Shown piece by piece: positions 1-11,871 of a DNA stretch of 29,529 bases (position 1 is its first letter; every line of letters starts with the position of its first letter). A program made the translations under genes and the position numbers. The stretch comes from Lama guanicoe (Eukaryota), in contig MU054212.1 of the NCBI GenBank assembly GCA_013239625.1, positions 7,786,270-7,815,798 of the forward strand, given 5' to 3'. The notes beneath the pieces were generated by a model. That model searched no databases and was not told the origin of the DNA. It worked only from the letters and a program-made list of their open reading frames with translations.

Positions 1-605
1 CTTACCATTTTTTAGGCATTTGGCCATCACTTTTTTTCTTCTCTCTTCTCTCTCTCTCCACCTGTCCTTTCTGTGAGCCCCTCCCATGTAAGTACACATA
101 GATACATGGGTACTTGGAAACGTGGTGGGTTTGTGTATGTGTGCGTGCATTTTGCCGTATTTGGATCTAGTAGGTAAGCTCTTTCCTCTGAAGGAGGGCT
201 GCAGTAAGACTGATTAGACAGAAACTCGAAAGGTCATTTAGTCAAACCCTTTTGTTTCAAGTACTACTTGCCACAAACCCAGGAGAATTGTCCCTCATCA
301 AGAAATAGATTTCTTATCTTCCCTTATTCCCATACAAAAGTGTATTTTTAGTGGTTCACCAGATGCTGCCAACAGTTAATAAAGAATGGCATTTTAATAG
401 TAGACGTTCTAGGTATAGACAGAAACCTCAGGGAAACAAGACGATGTTTCATTGTGTTTTTATTCAAGGCCCCGTGCTTCCTACAGAAAAGGTGAAATCA
501 CTTAAGGGGCAAAACAAATCTATATTTAGAATGAAGACGCACTGTTGCCAGTTTAATTTCTACAGTTTTGTGACTTGGATATTTGACCTATCACTTTTGA
601 AAGTT

Positions 606-700
606 ATTCTCATTTTATAGAGCAAAAATAAAAGCCTGGAAAAGTAGTTCTGCAGAGTCAAGTGCCTAGTCCAAGGTCAGAGAAAATCGTTGGTAAGAAA
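606..700 (-). mobile_element. MIR SINE fragment (core)
   Basis: attctcattttatagag...gtccaaggtcag resembles the reverse complement of the MIR core; highly diverged. Confidence 0.55.
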
Positions 701-1813
701 AACAGTGGCACACCCAATTTGCAGTTATTAAACTGTTACTTACACCGCTAAGCCATCATAAATTAAGTCCAGATCCTGCAGTTTAACAAAATCCCAAGTT
801 TTATTTGAGTCTTTGTCAGACTCAACAGAGTCACCTATTTTGGATGATTCTTTGTGAATTCCTTCCTGAAATAAAGTTACTTAGATCCCTACTGTCCATT
901 GAAAGTGCTCTTTTGCCCGGCATTTAAGCAGAGGATTTGCAAAAATGAGTGTTTTCTCTTTTTGGAGCGCACAGAAATATTAATATGCCTGCTGCTGGGA
1001 TTCGTCTGTTATTTAGTTCTATTTTTATTTCCTCCTTTAATGAATTAGAGTCTCCCTACTTCTGTCTTAGAAACTCATTTGTTTCTAATACATGGTTGCT
1101 GTGAATCCTTGAATCCTGGATTCCCTCTACAGCCAGTAGGCATCAGACAAGACCTCAAAATTGGATAACTGACTGCACTGAGGGAAATCCTGCCAAATCT
1201 ACCATCAAAGTTACTTAGAGCCAGAGAAGAGCATTAATTTCACAGCTTGGTATTTGAACCATTAAAAATTCTAGAATCCTCAATCCAGCTGGTAGTGCCT
1301 ATTCTGAATAGACTCTGAATAGTCACGGGTCAGTCACATCAGCTCATTCGACAGGGTGTGACTACAAAGTAGAACGAGGAAGCCATAGTAACGGCAAAAG
1401 TCATTGAGGAAGTGCCTTGTTAATTTCACCTGCAGAAGCACCAAGTATATTCATATTTTTTTTCTGATGTAAATAAAGCCAAGTAAATGATGATTTCTAC
1501 TCTGGGTAACTGAAGAGCTTCAGGTTAAATACTTTCTAACAGAAAAGCACTACCCAGAACTAAGGCATTGATGCCGTGTTGCGTAATGAGATCAGTCTTC
1601 TGGGGCACACAGCCTCCTAAATCGTCTAGAAGACAATGCCTTTCTGTCATCAGGATGTGCTTTACCCTTAAACAAACCACCAGTTGGGTGACTACTTCTG
1701 TATTTTCAACACGAGCCTGTATTTTCCTTAAAAAGTTAGAAGGTAGAGAATATGGTTCAAATTTGAATTGATGGTTGAAAGGGTCATTTTGATGAATTGC
1801 CATATTTTCGTGC

Positions 1814-2180
1814 TGTGGCAGAATTTATGTTGTCACACCCAGTACCTAATCCTAACCCTGTTCACTTTTCCTATGCTGCTGTACAGGTCATAACGTGTAT
1901 AGATTGTCTTTTCCAGTCTCTCTTGTAAGTATGAGTGACGATGTGACACAGTTCTAACCACTGAGACATAGGTGGCTGTCTGCTGGCGCTGCCTCTGCTC
2001 CCACTCTTTTTATCCCATTTTGATCAACAGTAGAATTAGTGGAGCTGCAGCAGCCATCACACCACCACGAGAAAAAGACTTTAAGACCCTGAGAGATGCT
2101 ATATCCAACATGCTCGAGCAACTCAGCCCCTACTAGTGACTTTCTGCTTCTAGAATCCTTGTTATCTGAATATTTAGAAC
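1814..2180 (+). mobile_element. MaLR LTR, MLT1 family (old subfamily, MLT1I-L like)
   Basis: Starts TGTGGCAGA. Carries MLT1 motifs ttccagtctctcttg, gatgtgacacagttctaaccactgagac, ggagctgcagcagccatc and ttctagaatccttgttatctga. Confidence 0.75.
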
Positions 2181-2299
2181 TCTGTAGAAGTGTATAGATT
2201 GATATGCCCTCTGTCCTTCATCCTGTTAAATATCATAGTATAACTTCATCACCAGAAGTACTGATTCATCCACTTACTCATTCATTATTCATTGAGTTA

Positions 2300-2960
2300 T
2301 CCTTAAGCCTGAAGTCAGCATACAGTATGGCAAGGTAAAAGAAATTTGTAATGATGGGAAACATAGGGAAAAGAGAATATGATGGTAGAAAAGTGAAATA
2401 AAAAGAACACAAACATGTATCTAGAAGTTTTATATTTTTTTAGAGATAAAACAAAAGGCTCAAACTTTCTAGCATCCAGTGCAAAGGGGTACACGTGAAT
2501 GAATTACACAATTTACAGTGTCCAGAAGAGAAAAACAGACTGGTTGCTTACCAGAAGGCTGCCTGCTGCTGACTAGGAAATGATGGAGACATTTTCCCCA
2601 TGGACAGTCACAAAGTAGTCATTGTCTACTGTAAAGAACAAAATCTTCAACTGTTTTCATACAATTATATGTTTTATATGGTTTTCTTATTTCTTGGATG
2701 GTCTTTTAATATAAGCTGATATTATCTGCCAAATTGCCCGTGAACAAAAACAACTTTATAAATCACCAGTATGAAGCCATATAAATTCATGATTCTCTGA
2801 AAGTCTGGTTTAATCCAGAGTAGAACCAAGAGTATTTAGAAAAACACAATGTGAGAATGTGCTTCATTGGGTAGTTTTTCTCAACCAAAGTTTTGGTGTC
2901 TATTCAGGGACACTGAGTCACAAAATATGTTTAACACATGTAATTATGAGGGCTTTCCTG
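2300..2960 (-). mobile_element. Ancient L4 (RTE-X) LINE 3' fragment
   Basis: ggctcaaactttctagcatccagtgcaaaggg...ttacacaatttacagtgtccagaag...ttttccccatggacagtcacaaag...tctggtttaatccag follows the L4 antisense consensus as recalled; ends are approximate. Confidence 0.6.
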
Positions 2961-3550
2961 GATTCTTTGAGAAGACAGATATGATAGCATGTTCCTTTCA
3001 CCCTGTGGGATTACGAATAAAGGCATGAGATGTGTAGGTACCTCTAAGCCATGTTATCCTTGAGAAAATACTTGCTGATGCTGGCGGTTGATACTCGTGC
3101 TCACGGCAGGTGGAGAGTGAACTGGTCGGCCAGCCCACTGTCTTCCAGAGCAGAGCAAATTCCCACAATGGCCGGTCAGAGCCTGGTGCTCAGAATGAGG
3201 ATGTGAACTCTATCAAGGCTTATTTATCCTAATTTTGGACTTTAAAGAATGATGACATTTTAATAAAAGCACTGTCTTTTAAGTGAACGATTTACTCTTA
3301 GTCCTCTTGGGCTCATGCTCCATCAATGACTCTAGGTATCTTTCTCCTTCAAGAAAAATGCAATCATGATGAAGTTGTAGCCTGTTCATTTGGAAATCTT
3401 TCTCCAATATCACTGTCTCTTCCCACAAATGCCCATCCTTTTCTTCAGTTGCCGTATCTCCATTTCCACCCAAATCCCCATCTCTGCTTTTTATTATCTT
3501 ATCATACACAGAAAAGCAAAATTGATAAATCTGTACTACCACTACTCCTA

Positions 3551-3762
3551 ATAATAGCTAAATTATTGGTGATTTATCAAGTCCAAAATCTTTGCTAAGC
3601 ACTTTCACATATATTGTGTCATTTAACCTAAGTAGCAATGCTATAAAGAAGATAACTATTTTTATCCCAGTTTTTCTAATAGAGAAGACTTTGGGGAGTC
3701 ACACTAAATAGTAGAGCCAAAATTCAAACCCAAGTTATCTGATCCAGCACCCCAACTCTTCT
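3551..3762 (-). mobile_element. MIR SINE
   Basis: ataatagctaa...gctaagcactttcacatatattgtgtcatttaacct...gtagagccaaaattcaaacccaag is near full-length antisense MIR. Confidence 0.85.
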
Positions 3763-4219
3763 GCTTCTAGAAACCCAGCTGACAGTCAAAGTATAGAAGA
3801 AAAGTTCTTTGTCACCATTTCCAGGGGACTAGTAGGCAGTTTCTCCTGGTATACCAGAAGCCCCAGCTCTCCCCCACCTCCACTCCCAGAACATGGTCTA
3901 TGCAGCAAGCTTCAGGTGCCCAGCTGAACACTTCTGTGCCGTCATACAATAGCTAGAACTTGGACAACTTATTTCTCTAAAGCTTTAAAATTACAGTGGC
4001 TTTTGGAAAGCCACTGATAGAAGATACAGGCAGTTACACAGTCACTCAGATCAAAAGATGAGTCTGAACGCAAACATGCTATTAAAATGGAAGAAGGACA
4101 CGTGAGAAACCAGATGTTTGCTGACAGTCTCTACCTCAGCTTAGAAGTTGGGTGTTTCCGTTCTGAGTGTAATTTATGACGCTTTGTTGGAGGCATCAAA
4201 AGCTAACACCAGTGAAACC

Positions 4220-4312
4220 AGCAGAGGACTGACGGTCAGGAGGTAAGGATTCCAGTCCAGCTCTGCCTAGCTGTCTATGTGACTTTAAGCCAGCCTTTGT
4301 TTCCTCATCTCT
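4220..4312 (+). mobile_element. MIR SINE fragment
   Basis: ggattccagtccagctctgcctagctgtctatgtgacttt...gtttcctcatct matches the MIR 5'/core. Confidence 0.7.
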
Positions 4313-4974
4313 CTCAAAAATATCCATAACTCGGCTGGGACTTCCTATTACATTTGTGTCGTGAAGACATGGTTAAATAAGCTATTTTTTTCCTTTGAAA
4401 ATTTGAAACTGTGCTATCAGTAAGTGATAATAAAAGCATTTTACTGTCCTGCAAATCCATTATCCAGGTTATAACTTTCTGCTCTCTCTCTTTTTCTTTC
4501 TGTCCTTTTTTTTTTCCTATCCCTTATTCATTGGGCTGTAATCTATGTGAATTATTCTACTCTGCAAATGCAAACACAAAATGCTTAATAATTAAGATTT
4601 TGTAGTCAGAAAGTACAAAGCAGTCTGAATACCTCCATTAGTTTCAGTTAAGATTTTTGAATTAATCTAAAATTCATTCATTATTCTCTGTCCAATCAGG
4701 TAAGAATTCTGAACCATTTCTGACTCTGAGTTTTGACAATTTTTGAAAAAGCATCTGAAAAGTCCCGAAACAAAGAAAGATAATACTTGGTTTGTATTCG
4801 TTTTAAATGGCCACCTAGAAGGTTTTTCTACCCTTCCTGTTAAAAATCCTCTCCCTCAGAGTTGGAAAAAAACATGAAAATCTTCAGCAGAAAGGTTAAA
4901 TCCTTTGAATAGAGGGCCTTTCAGCAAAGTGCCCAAAGATCATGAAGAATAACAATGCCGTCTCAACCGTTTAA

Positions 4975-5500
4975 TTTAATTTAATTCAACACGCATTTAC
5001 TGAGCAACTCCTAGGTGTGGGTTATTGTAAAAGCCCCTCTGGGGACACAGGGATGGATGAGACGAGGTACCCGCACTCCGTCAGGGCACAGGCCAGTGGG
5101 AAAAAAGACGCACGCGTATGTTACCGTCAAGCAGGGCGGACCGGATAACCATTCAGTGGAAGCAGGGAGTGACGTGAGGGAAGAAGACATTAATCCTGAC
5201 CAAGACGTTTCAGCATTGCTTCACTGAGGAGGGGGATCATTTGTTCCTTGAAAAATGATAAAGGAATGGAAAGCTGTTCTAGGCTGAGAGAACTAAATAA
5301 GCAAAGAAAAAGAAAACAGTGCTGGTGCTTGGGGTCCTTTGGGGAACTGTGAAACGACAAGATGATGGGATTGTAGAGTGTAGGGAGCTGCCGGAAGGCT
5401 CCATTCAGGCTGCTTTATGGAAGGTTTGAATGCCAGCCTTCAGCTATGGAATTTGGAATCCACCATATGCAACAGGAAGCAATTGAAGGTTTTTATTTTT
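4975..5500 (-). mobile_element. L2 LINE 3' end, part 1
   Basis: attcaacacgcatttactgagcaactcctagg...ggggacacag is the antisense L2 terminus; continues to caacaggaagcaattgaaggttttt. Confidence 0.75.
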
Positions 5501-5519
5501 GGCAATGAACACCTTGAAA

Positions 5520-5772
5520 GCAAGTCTTGGTTTTTATGCCTCTCGCCCTAGTCCATGTTACTGCCCCTTCCTTAATGTCATAGAACCTCAAGCCATCCAA
5601 CAAAAAGAGTGTGTAGCACGGTGTGTGAAAATTGCCTACTCACTTACCTATTGCTTTGCTAGACTGTAAGCCCTCTGAGAGTGAGATCAGTCTGCTTCTG
5701 TATCATTAGCATCTAGCTAGTGCAATAGGAGGCAAATGATTTTTACTTTACATATATCTGTGGAATGAACCC
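5520..5772 (+). mobile_element. L2 3' end fragment, sense, inside the antisense L2
   Basis: ctagactgtaagccctctgagagtgagatcagtctg...atatctgtggaatgaa resembles the sense L2 terminus; left end uncertain. Confidence 0.6.
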
Positions 5773-5789
5773 ATTAAAAAAAAAATCAG

Positions 5790-6200
5790 AAGCCATGTAG
5801 TCAGCGTTGTGTTTTAGGAAGACAAATTTGATGACCATGTGTAGGATGGACTGGAAGATGGAGAAGAGGAGAATGTTTGTAGCTCTCCTGGGAGGAAGAA
5901 AGAAGCGCATGAAGCAGGACATTGCGGATGCAGTTTGGACAAGATTTGGTGACTACCTGAGTTCGAGAGAGGGTAGAGGGAATGAAGATTTCTTTGAGTT
6001 GTCTAGCTTGTGTGACAAGGAACTGACTCTGCCATTAGCTGGATGAGGAAAAGACTAGAAGGAGCAAGTTTCAGGCACACACGTGGAGGAGGAGAGGAGG
6101 AATTCTGTTTTGGACATGGGGAATCTGAAGGTGAGCACGTCAATGGCTACTCCATGAGTCACTTGCAGAAAGTGAAATCAAAGATACGCAGCAGAATTTA
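5790..6200 (-). mobile_element. L2 LINE, continuation of the antisense copy
   Basis: tgtgttttaggaagac...gtgtaggatggactgg...acaagatttggtgac...ttctgttttggacatg are antisense L2 motifs in the expected order. Confidence 0.75.
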
Positions 6201-6209
6201 GACCCCAAA

Positions 6210-6455
6210 ATAATTGTTTATTGACCTGTAATATATCAGATGCTTTTCTAAGCACTTTATACATGTATAACTCATTTAACCCTTAAATAATCCAATAAAT
6301 TAAGTATTAGTATTACCCACCTTTTGCAGATGGGGAAATGGAGGCAGGCAGAGGTTATATAATTTGCCCCAGTTCCTGCAGTGGCTAAGTGGTAGAGCCA
6401 AGATTAAAATCCACACAGACTAACCCAGGGGGTTGAGGTCTTCCCCACTCTCTAA
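6210..6455 (-). mobile_element. MIR SINE, near full length
   Basis: ctaagcactttatacatgtataactcatttaaccctt...ttttgcagatggggaaatggaggcaggcagagg...aagtggtagagccaagatt. Confidence 0.9.
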
Positions 6456-7204
6456 CAGCATGAGGCAGGAATGAAGGACACTTGTTGGTCAAATAATGTA
6501 GAAGATTTGAGGGAGATGAGCGAAATGATAGGTTTTTGTTCTTCCCAAATCTGGCTTTCAAAGATAAACTCTACGATCTTACTGATCTAAATGCACGGAG
6601 GGGGAGATGATGATTCCTGCCAGATGTGATGATGCCCGGGTCTGCCATCTTCCACGCTGGATTAAATATCAGAAATTAACCTCCACAGAGTCTCTTCAGT
6701 AGCTCTCGAATGGGTGTAGCTGGGATCATAGAGTAAACATCCACCAGTAAGAATGGCTAAAACATCTTTTTAGGACACCTCTCTGCAGGAAGCTCTTCAA
6801 AGACGTAAGCTGATGTATTATAATTCAGTGACTCATTTACGGCAGGTATTTTCTGAAAATTCAGTCCTTTTCTCAAGGGAAGAAAAAAAAAAAACCCCAG
6901 AAATCATTATAGTGAGAGAATAAGAGAAATCTGAAAATGTATCTGGTAAGAGCCTAAACCATACAAGAAACAAAATACATGTTCAGTATGTAAATATCTA
7001 ACTCTATGCTGGACATTATATTAAAAGATCTTGACTGAGGTGCTGTATGGTACAGATGAAAATCTGTTGACGGTTCTAAAAATAAGCCAACAGTTTAGCT
7101 TTTCTGTGTTTCTTAAATTTGGTGAGACATTTTTGTTTGGATTCTACAGGAACGATTTAAATGGCTTTGAGAAATGAATGAATTTTAAAAAGAATAAACA
7201 TTTG

Positions 7205-7340
7205 CTTGGTTATCAGTCTCACAGGACTGAACCATTTGAAACTCCGTTTCCTCAGCTCGGAGTGGGAACAGGAAGGACTTCAAAAACACACCCTCAATTA
7301 GAGAATTAATTAAATGGTGCTTGGAGAAAATATTTTTATT
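7205..7340 (+). mobile_element. MIR fragment
   Basis: aactccgtttcctcagctc...gagaattaattaaatggtgcttgg is a diverged MIR core. Confidence 0.45.
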
Positions 7341-8243
7341 CTGGAGAAAGGCTTCAAATATAAGGTGTCGTTGAGTTACAGCAATTTCTGCCCTGGGTAA
7401 ACAAGCAAAGTAGATGGGGTTTCATTAGTTCACCACCTTCCTGGCCATCACAGCCAGAACAATCAGATCTGTTAAATATATTCACACGGAAGAGCTGGGA
7501 AAAGATATAGATTATCTCTCTAAGGGTATTTGAGTGTTAGAAGAGGGCCAAGAATGGGTTAATTCCTTTCCTCCCTCCCACTTCCTTTCCATCCCTCCCC
7601 TTTGTGAATATCTGGGTGCCTCTTAGGTGGAGATGTTGGTGTTGGCGTTGAAAATACAACAATGATCACACCAGTCATGTCCCAACTCCCTTTTCTCCTC
7701 CCCGCCACCCTACCAAATTTGCATTCTTGCTGGTTTGCTTCAGGATGTCAGATGTCAGTCTTGTCCTACGAGAGATGCTTTGACAGGTTTTCCAATAACC
7801 TTCAAATTTAAACCATTTATAAGCAACGAATGTTTCACGTTAGGCATTATGCAGAAAGCCGGCGTCTCGTCATCTAAAGCGTCCAGTAGGTGAAGACTCT
7901 TCCAGGACGTCTTTCAGTAATTAACTAACTATTCATAATTAAAAGGGAAAGTGAAAATAATGGCAATTGACTCCGGTGTCAGTTACAGGAAAATAATTTG
8001 TATGGTTATGTATGTCAGTGTTTCCAGAATTGACTTTTCTGTTTTATTCCTATATCCTTTTATTCTAAAACTTACTTCTTCACTTTCTCTTGGCTCCAAG
8101 CAAACTTTAAGGGCTAAGGATTAAATATTATTGGTTACCAAATCCATCACCAAAAGAAATGCCAGCTTTGGAATTACTTGCTTACCCAGTCCCTTCCTGT
8201 TTTCTCCACTCCACCTACCCTGATTCCCTTTCTCAGTCGCTGG

Positions 8244-8420
8244 GGACAGTATGGTATTCTAAAGAGACTACTCAAAGACTTCTCACTGGTTTTTCAGGTT
8301 TGATCCATGTCCAGCCACTAACGAGCAGCTGATATTTGTCAATACCCCTTGGTTCTTAGTTTCTTCATGCATGGAATGAAGAGGTTGCATTGGGTAACTG
8401 ATTCTGCTTCCAGCTTGAAC
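8244..8420 (+). mobile_element. MIR (MIR3/MIRc-like)
   Basis: Starts acagtatggta; includes cttagtttcttcatgcatggaatgaagaggttg...cttccagct. Confidence 0.6.
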
Positions 8421-8564
8421 TTACTTGTTCTTTGTTTCTCTGGAGTCAGGCAAAAACTAACCCCACTGAACCCCATTCCTCATATTTTTCAGTTAAGTGG
8501 CTAGTCTGACCTTTGATTTGAGTAAGTCTAATTCTTAAGCCTATCAAACCCAGAACCCGTGTTT

Positions 8565-8682
8565 ATTTTGTAGGGTGTGTAGGTAGGTTTATTTGTGTAT
8601 CTATTAATGGAGGTACTGGGAATTGAACCCAGGACCTCATACATACTAAGCACACACTGTACCACTGAGCTATACCTTCCCT
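8565..8682 (-). mobile_element. tRNA-derived SINE, camelid vic-1-like
   Basis: Minus strand reads GGGAAGGTATAGCTCAGTGGTACAGTGTGTGCTTAGTATGTATGAGGTCCTGGGTTCAATTCCCAGTACCTCCATTAA, with A box TAGCTCAGTGG and B box GGTTCAATTCC, then an A-rich tail. Imperfect TSD cccagaacccgtgttt (8549-8564) / cccagaatccctcttt (8683-8698). Confidence 0.85.
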
Positions 8683-8698
8683 CCCAGAATCCCTCTTT

Positions 8699-9137
8699 AA
8701 AACAAATATTTGGTCATGCGTTATACTCTCCTGAAATAAAATTCATAGATAACACAACCTTATTTACACACAACTAAAACAAAATATCAATATATTCTCC
8801 AAGTGAAACATAAAGAAGTTAAAGGAAAATGGTTTAGAATAAAAATAATATGTATTTCAACATGTATAAGTGCTGAGATCTCACTACACAAAAAGCATAC
8901 TGAAATATTAAGATGCTTCCACCTGGTCGAAGACTCACTGTAGGTGTGACACATACGGATTGTGACTCACCTGTGTTGATACAGACGGGCTGTACTGATG
9001 ACTCAGGTGGTGCTAGTGGCATTGCTGTTCGTGATGTGATCTTCCAGAATGGCGAGCATGACTTGGCAAATTTCCCCAAAATGTACTATCTTTTCTAATT
9101 CCTATAGGAACTATATAAAAGCTACTTTGTGTGTGTG

Positions 9138-9176
<39 letters not shown>

Positions 9177-9375
9177 TTAGGTTATAGGCTCAGGAAAATA
9201 GCAAACATGTTTTTCACTTACGTGAATGTCTCAAGGGATGTTTAAAGGTCTTGCAAGATTTAGGGCAACTCTTCTTGTGAAGAAGTGAGGCAAGTGCATG
9301 GCAGGACATCCAGTGTCCTTGACTTTTGCTCACCACGTAGTGAGAGGGGCACCCCCTGCTCTGAGGACCACTGGA
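8699..9375. mobile_element. hAT-Charlie-type DNA transposon remnant (MER20B-like)
   Basis: Right part (agggcaactcttcttgtg...gcatggcaggacatccagtgtcc...gaggaccactg) resembles MER20-family sequence; family and left end are uncertain. Confidence 0.4.
9128..9176. repeat. (TG)n microsatellite, about 24 units, slightly interrupted
   Basis: Directly visible. Confidence 0.97.
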
Positions 9376-9879
9376 GGAAGTGAATAGACTCGCTACTTTC
9401 CTTCAGATTGGAGCAAAAATTTTTTTTGAGTTAAGGAGCTTTTCATGCTTTTAAGCTGCATATTTAGTTTTCTTGAGTTTTGGCATTGGTTTCTTTGGAG
9501 CCATTTAAGCAGACAGGAATTCAGTTTTTTGAGCTCTTGCAGCCTCAATGTCTAACTTGTTAGAAGATCAAAAATATTTGATGATTAAAGGAAAAGAAAA
9601 AAGAGAGGGAATGTATCTTCCATGCTTTATATATGTTCCCTATGAAGACAAAGTTGATAACCAAAAGGTTTTGAATTATAATTGAATGGACCAAAATACT
9701 ATCATTTATAATCAAAAGTGACTAGGGAAAGGAAAATATATAGTAATACAGGATTGAGAAAGACATATTGAGAATGGTTAGGCTAAGATAGACATTTTGT
9801 GGAAAAGGAAAAAAAATTTCTTAATGAAAGAGTAAAGTAGAAGTTTCTGCAGATATATGCCTTCAGCATTAACAGTAAC

Positions 9880-10092
9880 TACTAATATTTATTTACTATG
9901 TGCCAGATACTGTTCTAAGGGCTTTACACATAATCATTTCATTTTCACAGCAATACCCATTTCACAGGTGAGAAAACTGAGGCACAAAGATGTTTAGTAC
10001 CTTGCCCAAGGTCATGGGTCATACAACTAAAGTGAAGGAGTTGGGGTTTGAATACAACTAGTCTAAGACCATACCGTGTTTTCAACCACTGT
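9880..10092 (-). mobile_element. MIR SINE
   Basis: tactatgtgccagatactgttctaagggctttac...cccatttcacaggtgagaaaactgaggcacaaag...ccttgcccaaggtca...ggtttgaatac. Confidence 0.92.
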
Positions 10093-10219
10093 TTAATTTT
10101 GTTGAAGCTTGTATGCTGGTAGCTTAAAATAATGCTTTAAAATATTATTGCTGAGTAAATTAGTTTTACTATTATGAAGCTATGAAAGGTTTAAAATAAT
10201 GTGATTGAGAGAGTGAAAG

Positions 10220-10308
10220 GTCAGGACAATTCTCAGTTGTGAGACAGTCTCCCACGCACACGGGCAGGATGTCAAGCATCTTTGACTCCTGCCCACTAAA
10301 TACCAGAA
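10220..10308. mobile_element. MER20-family fragment
   Basis: ggacaattctcagttgtgagacagtc...gcaggatgtcaagcatc...ctgcccactaaatacca resembles MER20 internal sequence. Confidence 0.55.
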
Positions 10309-10309
10309 T

Positions 10310-11290
10310 TCTGTATTTTAATTATGCAAATAGCACATGAAGGCATTCTCGGGATAAAAATTTAAAATACAGACATTTATAGAGTGAAATCATTTTCCTT
10401 CACTCTTCTAACAACTTCTCTCTTTAACGCAAAAATAAGTTTGGGATGTTTCTTTCTGCTTCTAAAAACTTTATGAATACACACACTCACATACACACAC
10501 AGTTTTCTAACATAAAATGGCTGTGAAGTACACACATTCTTTCCATTTTTTTCTTCACTTATTCTTGTGATTTTTTTTTGTCCCCAAATATATGGACCTT
10601 TCTCATTGTTAACGGTTTCTTAACAAACCATAAATATATACTGGTAATTTGTAAAATCGTTCACCTGTTGGTTGATACACTACATAATTTTAACTTTTTA
10701 AACAAAAATTGTGAGTTATTTTCCTTGGACAAATATCTTCATGTTCATTGCCAAATATTTTCTAATGGATTCCTGGTAGTGAAATTTCACTGATAATACT
10801 AAACTTTCCTCTGAAATCGTTTTCCCAAGTAAACTTACACTGGGAGATGAGTGTGCCATGTTCTTGCTACTGGGCCATCAGTGCACATTATTGATATTTT
10901 TCCAAGTGTCTTGCCAATCTGATCTGTAAAGAGTGACACCGCATTGTTTTAAATTGCATTTACTAGTGATACTAGCATCTTTTCATTTCTTTTTGGCTTT
11001 TTGTGTTTCCTCTTTATAAGCATTCCGTTTGTTCTCTTAAATTATTTTCCTCTCAGCATGGCATTTATTTCCTACTTTTCTTTCTTGTGGTAGAGAAATT
11101 TAAATTACAAATAAGTGAATTTTTCAATCTTTTCATTTGTGGATTCTGGGTTTGGTGTCTTTAAGGAAGGTCCTCCCTACCTAAGACTGTAAACATGCAA
11201 TTATGTATTATTTTATAAAGCTTATATAGATTTAAGTTTAGGTCTTTAGACCATATGGATACATTTATGTGTGAGGTAAATGTTATCTAA
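10310..11290 (-). mobile_element. Old L1 (L1M/L1ME-like) 3' portion, segment 1
   Basis: T-rich antisense L1 motifs: ttgccaatctgat, attgttttaaattgcattt, ttctgggtttggtgtctttaaggaaggtcctccctacc, tttaggtctttagaccat. Confidence 0.7.
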
Positions 11291-11294
11291 ATAA

Positions 11295-11525
11295 TACCAG
11301 TAAACATGTATAGGATATTTCCCACACACCAGACATTGGGCTAAGTATTTTAAATGAATTACCAAAATTAACCCTCCCAACATTCTTGCAAGATACTGCT
11401 ATTTTCTTATTAACAGCATCTGAGGAAATTGAAACCCAGACAGGTTATTAACTTACTCGGGGTCATAAAAGTCAATGAGAAACTAATTTGAACTCAAGCA
11501 AGCTGCCTACATAGAGATTTAAGTG
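11295..11525 (-). mobile_element. MIR SINE inside the old L1
   Basis: ccagacattgggctaagtattttaaatgaatt...tgaggaaattgaaacccagacaggttattaacttactcggggtca...tttgaactcaagc. Confidence 0.8.
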
Positions 11526-11697
11526 ATCAGAAGTCACTCCGCAGTGGATATTTGAGGATTCTGAAAGTTCCTCCTAGTTCTCACAGTATTTTATTAGGAT
11601 GAAGGTTTATCCTAATAAAAGTCTCTGATTGTATGATCCTTGTTCTAATTCCACATTGATTTAGAGAGAGAATTTGGGACCGAGGATATATATAAAA

Positions 11698-11870
11698 CCG
11701 TTGTTCCCAAACTTGAGCAAGAATCACAATCCCTTGGACCATTTAGTAAAACACAGACTGGGGGACCCCACCCAGAGCATCTGACTCAGTGGGTCTGCGG
11801 AGGCATTTTTAACAAGTTGCCAAGAGATGTTGAGGCTGCTGGCTCAAGATAAACCATTACGTGGTAGTGT
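11698..11870. mobile_element. MER5A-type hAT-Charlie MITE
   Basis: ttcccaaacttgagc...aaaacacagactggggaccccacccagag..tctgactcagtgggtctg...gcatttttaacaagtt...gatgttgaggctgctgg. Confidence 0.8.
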
Positions 11871-11871
11871 C

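Noticed and set aside
1330..1440. Minus-strand acceptor followed by a 31-codon open frame
   Set aside because: Unrecognisable peptide and no supporting exon chain.
6770..6812. Possible micro-exon ctgcag|gaagctcttcaaagac|gtaagc
   Set aside because: 16 or 31 nt long, not frame-preserving, with no partner exons; such motifs are common by chance.
8600..8682. Possible tRNA gene
   Set aside because: Stems are degenerate, and the A-rich tail and TSD show it is a SINE.
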